From contig NW_024704743.1 of NCBI RefSeq assembly GCF_018977255.1, positions 2,046,001 through 2,110,000 on the forward strand: a stretch of 64,000 bases of DNA, written 5' to 3'. The stretch is from Callorhinchus milii. Taxonomy: Eukaryota. Positions 1 through 11,878 of the stretch are shown one piece after another (within the stretch, counting starts at the first letter, position 1; the number at the start of each line of letters is the position of its first letter). The position numbers were made by a program, and so were the translations under genes. The notes under the pieces are model-generated. The model saw only the letters and a list, made by a program, of their open reading frames with translations, did not search any database and was not told where the DNA came from.

Positions 1-181
1 TTACCAGTGGAATAATCTTGCAGCGGATTTTGTATTGGAATGCTATTTTTTTTAAAAAATAAAGTGATAAAAAATACATAGTAATGGAATGATAATTAAT
101 GTTTTAAAGGAGGGGTTAGATTGAAGGGATTGAAGAGAGTTGTTTTCTGGTTAGACTGATACCCCCAAATGTCTTGTATAT

Positions 182-229
<48 letters not shown>

Positions 230-616
230 GTCTTGAATTTGTTTGAAAAATAGAGATACAATTTAAGGTCAATATAAGGCGTTGTTACATTACAACACAG
301 ATTCATAATGTTAAAGATCCTCCACCAAAGTAAGTGTGGTGAAAGTCTGGCCAAACTGTAACATTTAAAAAAAATAATATATTTGCTCGTCGGGGATAAA
401 ACACTACATACAAATGACGAGGCTCATGGATTTAACATTTCATCCCAATCCGCGCGTTCAATTCGTCAATTAGTTTGATGCCTCTTTTATCAAAACAAAA
501 TTATTTCCGACCAATTTTGTCACTTCAGAGAGAAGAGCTTTGAAAACGGTAACAAACTGGTCCGTTCAGCAACGACCGGCTGTAAACATCCCCTCAAACG
601 TAGGTTAGTTGTCCAG

Positions 617-2281
617 TAATAGTAATAATATTTGCATTTGATGCCTTATCACGTCTTCAATGTTTCAAAGCGCTTCACAGAATATACTGTAAAGTGATAA
701 AGTGTTATTTCTGATAAATTAAGAAAAGATTGGACAGGTAAAAAACACAAGGTTCAGTCAAACCATCTGTTTAGTCGTTCAAACGGTCCCTTTTTTTAAA
801 AAAAAGGTTTCTCTATCGTTTACCGGGTGCAAAAATGTCTTTTTGTTAGTCGATTGGTGGATCGATTTCTGGGGATAATAATTCCTCCCAATTTTTAAAA
901 AAAATACAATAATAATTAATATTCATTAATAATCCCATGAAAAAAATTATAATTTGGCCACTTAATCCACGACTGTTTGCGGGGACGCTGCTGTGCGCAA
1001 TTGGCTGCCGCGTTTCGCCCACAAAGTATGCAGTCAATTTACTTTACAGTGTATTCTGTGAAGCGCTTTGAGACTTCTCAAAGACGTGATAAGGCGCTGT
1101 ATCAAATGCAAAGATTATTATTATTATTCTCAGTGGTATTGAAAGTTTATTGAATTGAAATGTGTTGATGCTGGCAGATGAAGTATTCGGGCTTTATTTA
1201 AAATTCTACATATTATCATTACTGTTATTATTATATTTATGGTAAATTATCCCGGCTTTGTTTATCCAACAGACAATCCTCAGCTGCGGCTTTGGATACT
1301 TTGGAGGCTCAAGCGCGCTGTAAAAACAGAAACTGCTTTAAATGATACCCACAGAAACCCACTCTGCCTGATGTAGGGGAAGGTATGAAATCATAGTGCC
1401 TTTCATGGTGATGGGCATGAAGGGTATTGCCAGCATTTCTCTCGGGAAGGGTGTCTGTGTGGGTGAAATAGAAAGCGGCTTTTCCTGTCAGATTATCACA
1501 GCGAATCTGGTCCCATTTTTACTCTCTTAACGTTTCAGGTTCAGTTGCTGAAACACAAATTACCGCTGCTAATAATAATAATCCTGGCAGTTTGACACAG
1601 CGCCTGATCACGTCTTCGAGACGTCTCAAAGCGCTTCACGGAACATCCTGTAAAGTGAATTGACTGTATATTTTGTGGGCGAAACGCGGCAGCCGATTGC
1701 GCACAGCAATGTCCCCGCAAACAGCCATGAAGTTGAGTGACTAATTTTATCTGGGGGACTGTTGGACAGAACACCGGAAGAAACTCCACTCTCTCCGTAT
1801 AACATATATTCACATATCTCTCATCCCATGCATTATTTGTGCGTAAATATACAGTCACTACACTTGAAAGGTTTCAGTGTGACGCAGATTCGGATATCTT
1901 GATGTGACCGACGCTATTTCAAACGCAAAGATTACGTCTTAACGTGTAACGCACTAGGATTCAGGAAAGAAATCTGCTCTACTGTTGCCTATGTAATAAC
2001 AATAATAATCCTTGCATTTGATATTGCGCCTCATCATGTCATTGAGCTGTCTCACAGCGCTTCGCGGATTATATTGTAAAGTGAATTGACTGTAAAAACG
2101 CGGCAGCCAATTACACACATCGGTGTCCCACACATAGTCGTGGATCGAGTGACCAAATTTATTTGGAGGGTTTTAATACCCTCGGAAAGCAATCCGCCAA
2201 TCGACAAATAACTGGGTTCCTACTTTCTGAGAGGTAACCATAGCTGCGAGGAGTAAGGAAACTTGCGTAAACTTTCGCCCT
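617..2281. mobile_element. Cluster of four 5'-truncated SINE copies: ~617-697 (-), ~842-1128 (+), ~1570-1748 (-), ~1996-2281 (-)
   Basis: Each carries the family tail (aagcgctttgagacgtctcgaagacgtgataaggcgctgtatcaaatgcaagg(att)n) or its reverse complement. Confidence 0.88.
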
Positions 2282-3081
2282 TCACAAAGCAGCATTATTT
2301 TAACAATGCCCCGAGATTGACTGTTCTACCCTTTTACCTCAGTCTCTTCTAGAAATCTCCATCGAGGTCCATTTTGGAAATTACATTCTCTGGGTTGGAA
2401 AATAGGGTCCAAATAAATACACCCCAGGCAGAAGGTCCGTTAATTCTGCTTTTAAATGAATTTTTTTTAAAGGAAGTAAATGCCCTCTAGCACCTCCATT
2501 CCAACTCCATTTCAACTCCATCTTACACAATGCATTAAACTGCATCTAATCCGACCGGTCCACCGACTTAAAATGAAATAGAACCACTTGCTGTGAGCCG
2601 AAGCCACCCACTGGATCCTTTCAGGACAAATTGAAGCAATTTTCATTTGCTGTTTGCCCGCAAATACAGTCACTACTCTTGCCGGCAATTTCCTGTTCAG
2701 TAAATACATGGAACAGGCTCCCTTGTATCGATCCTTTCTAAAGTGTCGATCCTTTCTAAAGCAAATTAGATAGCTTTCTGTTAGGAAATAATATATCGGG
2801 ACACAGTATATAGTTTGGGGCACAACATGTGCATGCGACTGCCAGGGCGGTGGAAGGCAAACTGGATGGACCTTAGTCTACTATCATCTACCAAATTCTT
2901 ATGTTCCAAATCCCTGACTATCCTGCGCCTTGTGGGTCGGTCTCCCTACGTGTGTAAGGCTCTGTACAAATATCATTTTGCATTGTTTTGTTCTTATGCT
3001 TCAATGTCATAGGCGCGACCTCAAATGGAAGGATTATTGTCAAAAGGATTATTATGGTGAAACATTGCCTGGATTGCCGGT

Positions 3082-3412
3082 GGAGTCCTGCAGCTCAGTG
3101 GCTCGAACACTCGCCTCGCAAGTGAGAGGACCCGGGTTTGATTCCCGGGCAGGTCAGGGCATAACATTGGGCAAGTTTCCTTACTCCACACACACACACA
3201 CACACACACGCCTCTGTTTACCGGCAGTCAGTAGGAACCCGGTTGTTAGTCGATTGGCGGATTTCCGGGGATAATAATTCCTCAAAGTAATAATAATTTG
3301 GTCACTCAATCCACGATTGTTTGTGGGGCACTGCTGTACGGAATTGGCAGAATTTCACCCACAAAATACGCAATCAATTGACTTTACAGTGTATTCTGTG
3401 AAGCGCTTTGAG
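3082..3412 (+). mobile_element. tRNA-derived SINE (young family), head plus body, tail truncated
   Basis: Head with pol III A-box (AGCTCAGTGG) and B-box-like GGTTTGATTCCC, a (CA)n linker, and a shared body (gtcagtaggaacccggttgttagtcgattggcgg...gtgaagcgctttgag) seen in many copies in the window. Confidence 0.9.
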
Positions 3413-3581
3413 CTATATAATGCAGTGACTATGTATTTTGTGGAATATAATATTACTACTAATAAAAATTATATTCCTTGAATAAGATATAGCGCCCTAT
3501 AGCATCATTGAGATGTCTCAAAGCGCTTCACAGGATATACTGTAAAAAGGATTGACTATATATGTTTATACACACTGTATA

Positions 3582-3940
3582 GGTAAAGCGAAAGAGGTAA
3601 TGCTAAACTTATGTAAATGATTAGTTAGACCCCGTTTAGAATATTGTGTCCAGCATCAGTCCCCCTATTTTAGGAAAGACTTCAAAGCAATAGAGGGGGT
3701 GCAGAGGAAATTTACCAGAGATGATATCGGGGATGAATGATTAGCCTATGAGCAAAGATTCGAGGAACTGGGACTTTTTTTCAAAAGGGAAATGGATGCA
3801 TATTTAAAAAGGCGTTATCTAGAGGAGTGTGTGGGGAAAGGGCAGGTAAATGGGACTTAAAGGATGGCTCTCGTAAGAGCCGGCGCAGGCACGACAGGCC
3901 GAATGGCCTTCTTCTGTGCTGTAAGTGTCTACGGTTCTCT
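3582..3940 (+). mobile_element. CR1-clade LINE 3' fragment (decayed ORF2 C-terminus plus 3' UTR)
   Basis: Translates, with stops and frameshifts, to KAKEVMLNLCK*LVRPRLEYCVQHQSPYFRKDFKAIEGVQRKFTR...YEQRFEELGLF, which is the CR1 ORF2 signature (LVRPHLEYCVQFWSP...LERVQRRATK). It ends with a CR1-type terminus ggccgaatggccttcttctgtgctgtaa...ttct. Confidence 0.88.
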
Positions 3941-4977
3941 TTGAATATATTTCCCAGATGTAAAATTCTCTTGTAAGGCAGGGAGAAAATAATGGCTTCC
4001 TGTCAGGTGACAGTACCCACTGCGACCGGCTCCAACACTGTCAACCCTTCACTTGATGTCACAGAAACTGACACTGAGCCAAGAACCCACAGGAAGTTTA
4101 AATTAAATGTTACTTTGGCATATCAAGTAACTTGAACATGACGTTAATAATATCCCAGCTAGCCTGGATTACCAGATACAAATCTAACGCAGCTCAGAAT
4201 GATTTTATATGCCTTATTTATGCTGCACAGTTGGCATTGATTCAATGCTGTTTCTTTGCATCAAATTGAATATAAATCACATTTCAGAGGCATTCATTCA
4301 GTTCCCAGCCCCTTCTCCCAAACAACCTACAGGAATTGGATCTAGGCTTCAGTTTTCACAGGATGGTTGTGGATGAAAAATTGCCCTTATACCCATTTGT
4401 TCTCATACTACCGGAATACCAACCCCGGTAGATTACCGCAGTCAATTGTAAAATAATTTTTAAACTTTATAAACGATGCCGAAAAATTCAGAGTGTGTCT
4501 GGTGTGATTAAAAGAGTCTTTGAGGTGTCCGAAATTTGACCTGCCGTTCGACTCAAACTTTTTTCTTAATGTTTCAGAGCCCCGCAGAATCTTATAATAA
4601 TCACCCTTGCATTTGATTCACCGCCTCGTATTGATATCATGTTACCCAGACATTTCAGAACGCTTCATAAGATCTCGCTATAAAATGGTATGCCTGTGGG
4701 CGAGTCTTGGAGAACTCTTCAATTCCATTTTTAATTTGCTTTTCGAGCTTTCCGAAATTTTTTAATTTTAAAAAAGGTGGCGGGGGTGGGGGGGAAACTA
4801 GAGGCGACCATCTCCCAAATTAATTTATTAATGTTCCAAAGCTCTTCAACCCTCTGAAATGTTTAGCAGAAGAGAGTCAAACCAGGTGAAAATCCAAGCC
4901 CTGCCGCTAGCAAAAACATTTTGAAAACTAACCAGTCCTTGGTGCACTTTAAAAACAACAACTTGCATTTGTTTGTT

Positions 4978-5439
4978 GGAGCCCTGTAGCTCAGGGGTTA
5001 GAGCCCTCGCCTCGCAAAGCGAGAGGACCCGGGTTCGATTCCCGGGCAGGTCAGGGCCAAATGTTGGGCAAGTTTCCTCACTCCACACACACACACGCAC
5101 ACGCCTCTGTTTACCGGCAGTCAGTAGGACCCTGGTTGTTTGTCAATTGGCGGATTGCTTTTCCACGGGTTAATAATCCCTTCGAAAAAAGTCTGTACCC
5201 GTGATATACGCTATTGAGATTTTTTTCCAATGAACAAAAATTTAAAAGAATGATGTCGGTCTCTCCGTCCGCGGCTGTTTGCGGGGACGCTGCTGTGCGC
5301 AATTGGCTGCCGTGTTTCGTCCACAAAATACACAGTCAATTCACTTTACAATATGTTCTGTGAAGCGCTTTGAGACGTCTCGAAGACGTGATAAGGCGCT
5401 GCATCAAATGCCAGGATTATTATTACTAGTATTATTATT
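4978..5439 (+). mobile_element. tRNA-derived SINE, full length with a ~50-70 bp internal insertion near 5190-5260
   Basis: TAGCTCAGGGGTTAGAGC / GGTTCGATTCCC head, family body, and tail gaagcgctttgagacgtctcgaagacgtgataaggcgct...(ATT)n. Confidence 0.9.
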
Positions 5440-5695
5440 GTTCACATGGCGCTCCCCAAGCAGCGTAGCATCGCAGAACTTGTGAAATTGTGAGAGCTGG
5501 GAACAAGGTCACCAGGAAGGGTGGTTGGGGCAGAGACCCTGGACTCAATTAACAACCAGGTTGATGCTGTGGTGGTTGGATAGTATTGGTAGGTGTCCTG
5601 GACGATGAGATCAAAGGGTCTTCACAGGATCTCACAGAATCTCTTCTTGGTCAACGCGGAAAATATAATAATTCCTGCTCCGAATTGCTTCACAG

Positions 5696-6046
5696 TAATA
5701 ATAATCCTTGCATTTGATACAGCGCCTTATCACATCATTGAGACATCTCAAAGCGCTTCACAGGATGTAATGTAAAGTGAATTGACAGGGTATTTTGTGG
5801 TCAAAACGCAGCAGCCAATCGCACATAGCAGCGTGGCACAAACAGTTGTGGATTGAGCGACCAAATTTTTTTTTAATAATAACAACAATAATCCTTGCAT
5901 TTGACAGAGCGCCTTAATCATGTTCTCGGAGACGTCTCAAAGCGCTTCACGGACTATGCCGTAAAGTGGATTGACTGTATATTTTGAAGGGGTTATTACC
6001 CCTGGAAAGCGATCCGACAATCTACTGCTGGGTAAACAGAGGTGCG
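5696..6046 (-). mobile_element. Two tandem truncated SINE copies (~5696-5870 and ~5876-6046, the second internally deleted)
   Basis: Two successive ataatccttgcatttga...gcgcctta...aaagcgcttcac blocks. Confidence 0.85.
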
Positions 6047-7011
6047 TCAACAAAAACAACAACTTGCATTTATTTAGCACCCTTCACGTGGAGCGATTAT
6101 CAGCGATGTGCTTTACTGCCTGGGAAACACGAGTAACGTCTCCAGAAGCAGTGTGCTCGCTGGTGTTATAGACCTGCAGTTTATAATGGGATCTATCGGC
6201 TAAATTGAGTTACACATGCGATAAAGTACAAACCGTTCCATATGCCGTATAGTACACCCAAACACACACACACACACACACACTCACCCTTCCCTCTCTC
6301 TCTCAACACACTCACATACACATATCATTTAAGTATACCTTTTATTATTTACCCTTGGAAACAAATATTCTCACATAATGGAAAACAGAAAACGCTACAC
6401 ATCGCTGGTCAAAGCCTCTAGTGGCAAATGATTGTGGAGAGACAGTAGTGAGTGTAAAACTCTGGTTAGACTGCATTTCACATGAGGCGAAAGGGAACGA
6501 GCTCACTGGCCGCCTAAGTTAAAGCTCCCGAAACTGCAGTTATGCAGCCTTGACAATCCACACAAAAAATGCACGCAGAACAAACACAAAAAAGAACAAC
6601 TGACGGCGAAAGTGTGAGGAAGTCCGCTGTGAAAGCGACCAAGTTCCTGAGAGTAATTTATTTACAGGTTATTGTCGGTCCTACGTATCTAAAATTGTTC
6701 ACAATATTAATAATCATTTCTCAAGGAGGGGAAGCAATTTTTCAGAGACTGACGGAGATTTTTTTTCTCTTCAGTCATGAGTTTTAGTGTTTGAGCAGAT
6801 TTGGTCAGGAAATCTGAAGTCGGTTCTGAAAGTTGAAAAAAACGACTGTGTGCAATATCCTGTCCCTTTTTTGTGCCACTTACATTCCTTCTAAAAATGC
6901 GCTGATGCGTAAAAGCTTTGTTTACGCTTCATTATTTTTTCTTTGAAAATATATTGCTAAACATATTTTTCAGAGATGTTAAAAAAAATTATCCGAAGGC
7001 ACAAATCCAGA

Positions 7012-7252
7012 GACCTACTTGCTTGGCGGATCGCTTTTCCGGGGGTAATAATTCCTTCAAAAAATAAAATAACAATAATTTGGCCACTCGATCCACAACT
7101 GTTTGTGGGACGCTGCTGTGTGTAATTGACTGCTGGGTTTCGCCCACAAATATAAAGTCAATCCACTTTATGGTTTATTCTGTGAAGCGCTTTGAGTCTC
7201 GAAGACTTGTTAAGGCGCAATATCAAATGCAAGGATTATTATTATTATTATT
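7012..7252 (+). mobile_element. 5'-truncated SINE
   Basis: ggcggatcgcttttccgggggtaataattcc through to tcaaatgcaaggattattattatt. Confidence 0.88.
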
Positions 7253-7904
7253 TACAGCAAATACAAAAAGCGCTTTATAAACTTACATTAACGCTAAATG
7301 GACACACACACACAAACACCATCCTAAACACTCACATATATACGATGATTTCTCTCTCTCTCACACACGCGCGCGCACATTAACCCTCTGCCTCTCGTTT
7401 TCTCTCACAGATACAAAGAATGAAATAAAATAAAACAGCAAAACACGACCTCAATAGGTAAGCACAGCACCCAATAATCCCAGCTTTTAAAAATACGATG
7501 CAAGACATTTACTTGTTAATTATTTGTAAACAGAAACACAAGTTCAGTTTACGGTTACAGTCAAAAAATATATTCCAAGACAGACGGAAGGATAGTTGAA
7601 CGGCGAGGAAAATATCGGAATGGGCTATAATATGTAAACACCTGCACCAGATGTGAAATATCAAGACTAAAAATGTGAAGGAAAAAAAAAAGGGTTGGTT
7701 TGGAGATCATTCAATTAATGGGCTGAATTGAAGCTGTGGTTTAATTAGACGCCCGACAATATTTCGCTTTAATTACAAAACCCTTTAACTCTTTGACCTT
7801 GAAAAAAAAATTGTAAGCTTAATTAACTCGTAATACAGCACTGAAGCAAGCGCGCATCTCCGGTCCGAAAGTCAAAGGAAAACAGCGCTTCGATAGGAAA
7901 CGGA

Positions 7905-8018
7905 GCTCAAATATACGGTCAATTCAATCGACAGTGTATCCTGTGAAGCGCTTTCAGACGTCTCGAAGACGTGATAAGGCGCTGTGTCAAATGAAATGAA
8001 ATATTATTATTATTATTG
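7905..8018 (+). mobile_element. SINE 3' tail fragment
   Basis: cctgtgaagcgctttcagacgtctcgaagacgtgataaggcgctgtgtcaaatg. Confidence 0.85.
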
Positions 8019-8164
8019 TTGTTTGCTGGCAGGATTGACTCTATTCCAACGCTGCCAATATATATACTTTGAAGAGCAGCAAAAAAAAAAGCCCCCAGAA
8101 ATAGCTGGTGAGGGTTTTAGCATAGCCGGGTAAGGGCATAACCCCCCCCCCCCACCCCCCCCCC

Positions 8165-8292
8165 CCCCCCCCACCCCCACATATGACTCCTCTTCAATGG
8201 GAGTGCATTTGAGTCAACTTAACATCTTCAAGAACAAAACCCCCCCCACCCCCACATATGACTCCTCTTCAATGGGAGTGCATTTGAGTCAA
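8165..8292. repeat. Perfect 53-bp direct repeat, period 75 (8165-8217 and 8240-8292)
   Basis: ccccccccacccccacatatgactcctcttcaatgggagtgcatttgagtcaa occurs twice, separated by 22 bp. Confidence 0.95.
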
Positions 8293-9149
8293 ACCCTCTC
8301 CACAGTCAGTTCCCCCAAACGTGCGGATATGCGGTCAAATGGACTGCGTTCAAGCCGGAGAATTAAGAGGCAGACAGTAAAACTGGAGCAGACACCGCTT
8401 TAACTTAAGCCATTAGCTCACGAGTCTGTTTTATAATATATATATATATATATATATATCACACACACACACACATATATGTATATATATCATATATATA
8501 TTGTCAGCATTATTGTATGAACATTACTGCACTGCATTTTAGCGATGATGTCATTTTGTCTCATGGAAATTATCCTTCACTGAAACACACAGCACAACCG
8601 GTGGGGAAAAAAAAGTTTGAGATGTGAAAAAGAGTTAGTTTAACGTTCCCCGAATTTAATGCTCTCTGTAATACCGACTTCCCGTCCCCACATTACACAC
8701 ACACACGTCTACATATATATATATGTATATATATTTATATATATAACCTCTTCTCTGATGTATTTAACCACACACACACACACTATATATATATAGAGAG
8801 AGAGAGAGAGACACCTTCACACACCAGAAAAGTTTCTGCTCTGAATACGGTTTGAACCCAACAACAAAAAAACGCAGCTCTTTTGCAAAACCGAATTGAA
8901 TCTAATGGAAAACGAGTTGCCACGTTTACTGACTGCTATGTCCTGGTATATTTATATATATATATATATATATAGTAATAGATAATACAAAAAAAAAACA
9001 AAATCACAAATGTTTTTGTGCTGTGTTGGACGCCCGCGTCTCTCCCCCTCCAGTCACACGGGGTTCTTGAGATAAATGGGATTTTCGAGGCAATTGAGAG
9101 CTCCAGTAATAAAATAGTGTGTCCCAGAGAGAAAGATATGTATTTAACA

Positions 9150-9180
<31 letters not shown>

Positions 9181-9869
9181 ACAGCGGCTACACACAGAGA
9201 CACATTCACACACCAGAAAAGTTTTTTCACTCGGCTTTCTCTCACTCGTTGCCCTGTTATTTTCCGAGTAAAGGTGGCAAAACGCCTCCAAACACAGGGA
9301 TTATTGCTATCATCATTATTATTATTATTAGACATATTATTGCACGCGCACAGCAACACAGTTTAGGTTTTTTTTCCCCTTCCTACCCAACCAGCGACCG
9401 AAAGAGAAACCAAACCGAACCTGATTAAAGGGCCGTCTGGTTAATAAACCCGTCTGCAAAATTGTGGCAGACATCAGTATTGGGAGAAATAATATTTAAA
9501 CGTCGAGGCCCAGAGATATACACGAGGAACAGGCGCTTAGTATCTTAATTGATGCGAGGATGTGGGGTGACACAAACAACTGTGTGGGGAGGTGCTGAGT
9601 GCCTTTTTTTTTAACGTGGCGTTACTTACGTGTTCGTGTGAGAGAGAAAAAAAAAGGATTGAGAAATTGTCCTTACGGATTCGAAGGCGAATCGACTTCG
9701 CCAACAAATACGCAGTCAAACACTTGGCAATAATCCTTTTTTTTAAAAAAAAAACAGAAATAAACAAATCATGTGAAGCGTTGGGAGGTGTTCAGACAGA
9801 AGCGATCACACAGTGCTCTACCAAAATGCGGGGATTGTTAAATAATAATAATAATAATTAGTATTATTA

Positions 9870-9935
9870 TTATTAATCCTGGCATTTGATACAGCGCCTT
9901 GTCAGGTCTTCGAGACGCCTCAGAGCGCTTCGCAG
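9870..9935 (-). mobile_element. SINE 3' tail fragment
   Basis: aatcctggcatttgatacagcgccttgtcaggtcttcgagacgcctcagagcgcttcgcag. Confidence 0.82.
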
Positions 9936-10145
9936 AAAACTGGAATACGAAAACAAATACAAGAGCCAACAGTTCCTGGAATATGAACACAAATGTAGGA
10001 GATTATAATATAGATTCTGGGGTCAAATGAACATCAAAGTGAGCAGCAAACAAGAGAGCCTGGACTGAGGAGACTCGAATTATTCTCGCCAGTGAATGTG
10101 CATAGGTTTGCTACACACCTGACTGTGATTTCTTTTTAAAGGGGA

Positions 10146-10176
<31 letters not shown>

Positions 10177-10410
10177 ATAGCTTGAAAATGGCGAGGGTTT
10201 TACCGAGGCTATTACGCCTGGGTTGGCGTTAAAAAAAAACATAACACAGGCGCTGTTTATTTGGAAGAGATTTAAAGTGTAAAATGAATATTGATCTGTG
10301 CTTTTTGAAGTAGAGAGAGAGAGAGAGAGAGGAGTTTATTACTGAAACACATCTTGGGAAGATTGATACCAGTTTATGAAGCCACTGGAGGCCATCAGAG
10401 GTCCAATTAG

Positions 10411-10452
<42 letters not shown>

Positions 10453-10906
10453 CATAAATATAAAGATATATATTTAATGTGATCGCGCAATAAATATTAT
10501 TTGATTTTTTTTTGTCCCCAATGCTGGACAAAACGTGGAGCATAACACAGACACAGACGGCGGTGCTGCTATGTTTCCAAGCGCTGATGCGACATTTCCT
10601 GGTGACAAGTTACACACACACACACAGACACACACGAAAATAAATGTGCACTGTAAATAAAGCCCAAAGTGCGTAACTTACACCATGTTTTCGTTGAGAC
10701 AATTAAACTGCAATTATTCGGGGGCGTTCGACATTTTAGGGCGTTATCACTGCTGTCTGGAAACCTTTCCTTGGCATTTTCTTTATAATCTTATTGAAGC
10801 CATCCCTCCCCCCCCCCCCAAAAAAAAAAAATACCATTCAGACTTTTCCTGGGCAGGTGGCTGTAATTTCCGTGGTGACAGAGGATGAAGTGTGAGTCCC
10901 ACACGG

Positions 10907-10938
<32 letters not shown>

Positions 10939-11717
10939 TGCTTTAAAATCGGACGATTTCGCTGTGGAAGTTATTATAACATTTTAACCTTCGATAAAAG
11001 GCTTCTCGTGTACATTTGCCTATTCAGGACCAGAGCCAACAGCAAAAATCGTTTGTGCAATTTGTCGTGAAGAGACAACTAAATCCAACAGAGAGAAGAA
11101 AAAGAGAGAGAGAGAAAAAGAGAAAGAGAGAGAGAGGGGAGGGAGAAAAATGGAGATCTAGTTTTGAAAGACATTACATTTGACTCACTATTAGAAACAA
11201 GAAAGAATAGAAGTGGGTTGAGTATAATAACACTGTACTGAAATTAGCCTCTGTGTGTGTGTGTGTGTGTGTTTTTTTACAAAAAGCCTCTCAGACAAAT
11301 GTTGGTGTGTATTTTTGTTTTCCTGCTTCGCCTTTGTAATTTCTTTTAAAGAAAACACACGACGGTGTTGTAAATATATCACAACAGATAGTATATAAAA
11401 ACAAATATATATATATGTATATATATATAGAGAGAGAGAGAGGGGGGGAATGTGGGGGAGAGAAATGTAAAATTGAAACATAAATACAAGCACATAATTT
11501 AAGTCACATCACGTTAGACATCACAGATAATGTACACACGACATCACACACACAAACACATCCCATCTCTTTGACATCCTGGACATACAATGTGTGGGTA
11601 TATATACATATATACATACACATAGATATATATTATTATATATACGGGGATAATTTGCTCAGAAAGTTAGCGATTTGCGTTGGAGGAGAATTCACACTGA
11701 ATTGTGGCGTTTGGATT

Positions 11718-11878
11718 AAGGGGGTGGGTGGGGGGCTTGGTGAGGGGGGGGTGGTGTGGGGTCTTGGTGAGGGGGGTGGGGGGCTTGGTGGGGGGGGTAG
11801 GGGGCTTGGTGAGGCGGGTGGGGGTCTTGGTGAGGGGGGGGGGTGGTGTGGGGTCTTGGTGAGGGGGGTGGGGGTGGG
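11718..11878. repeat. G-rich minisatellite, ~21-27 bp unit GGGG(G/T)CTTGGTG(A/G)GGGGG..., six copies
   Basis: CTTGGTG recurs six times between G runs. Confidence 0.9.

Noticed and set aside
8165..8292. Repeat-spacer-repeat resembling a CRISPR array
   Set aside because: Only two units, C-run anchored, no cas genes, and vertebrate context; a simple local duplication.
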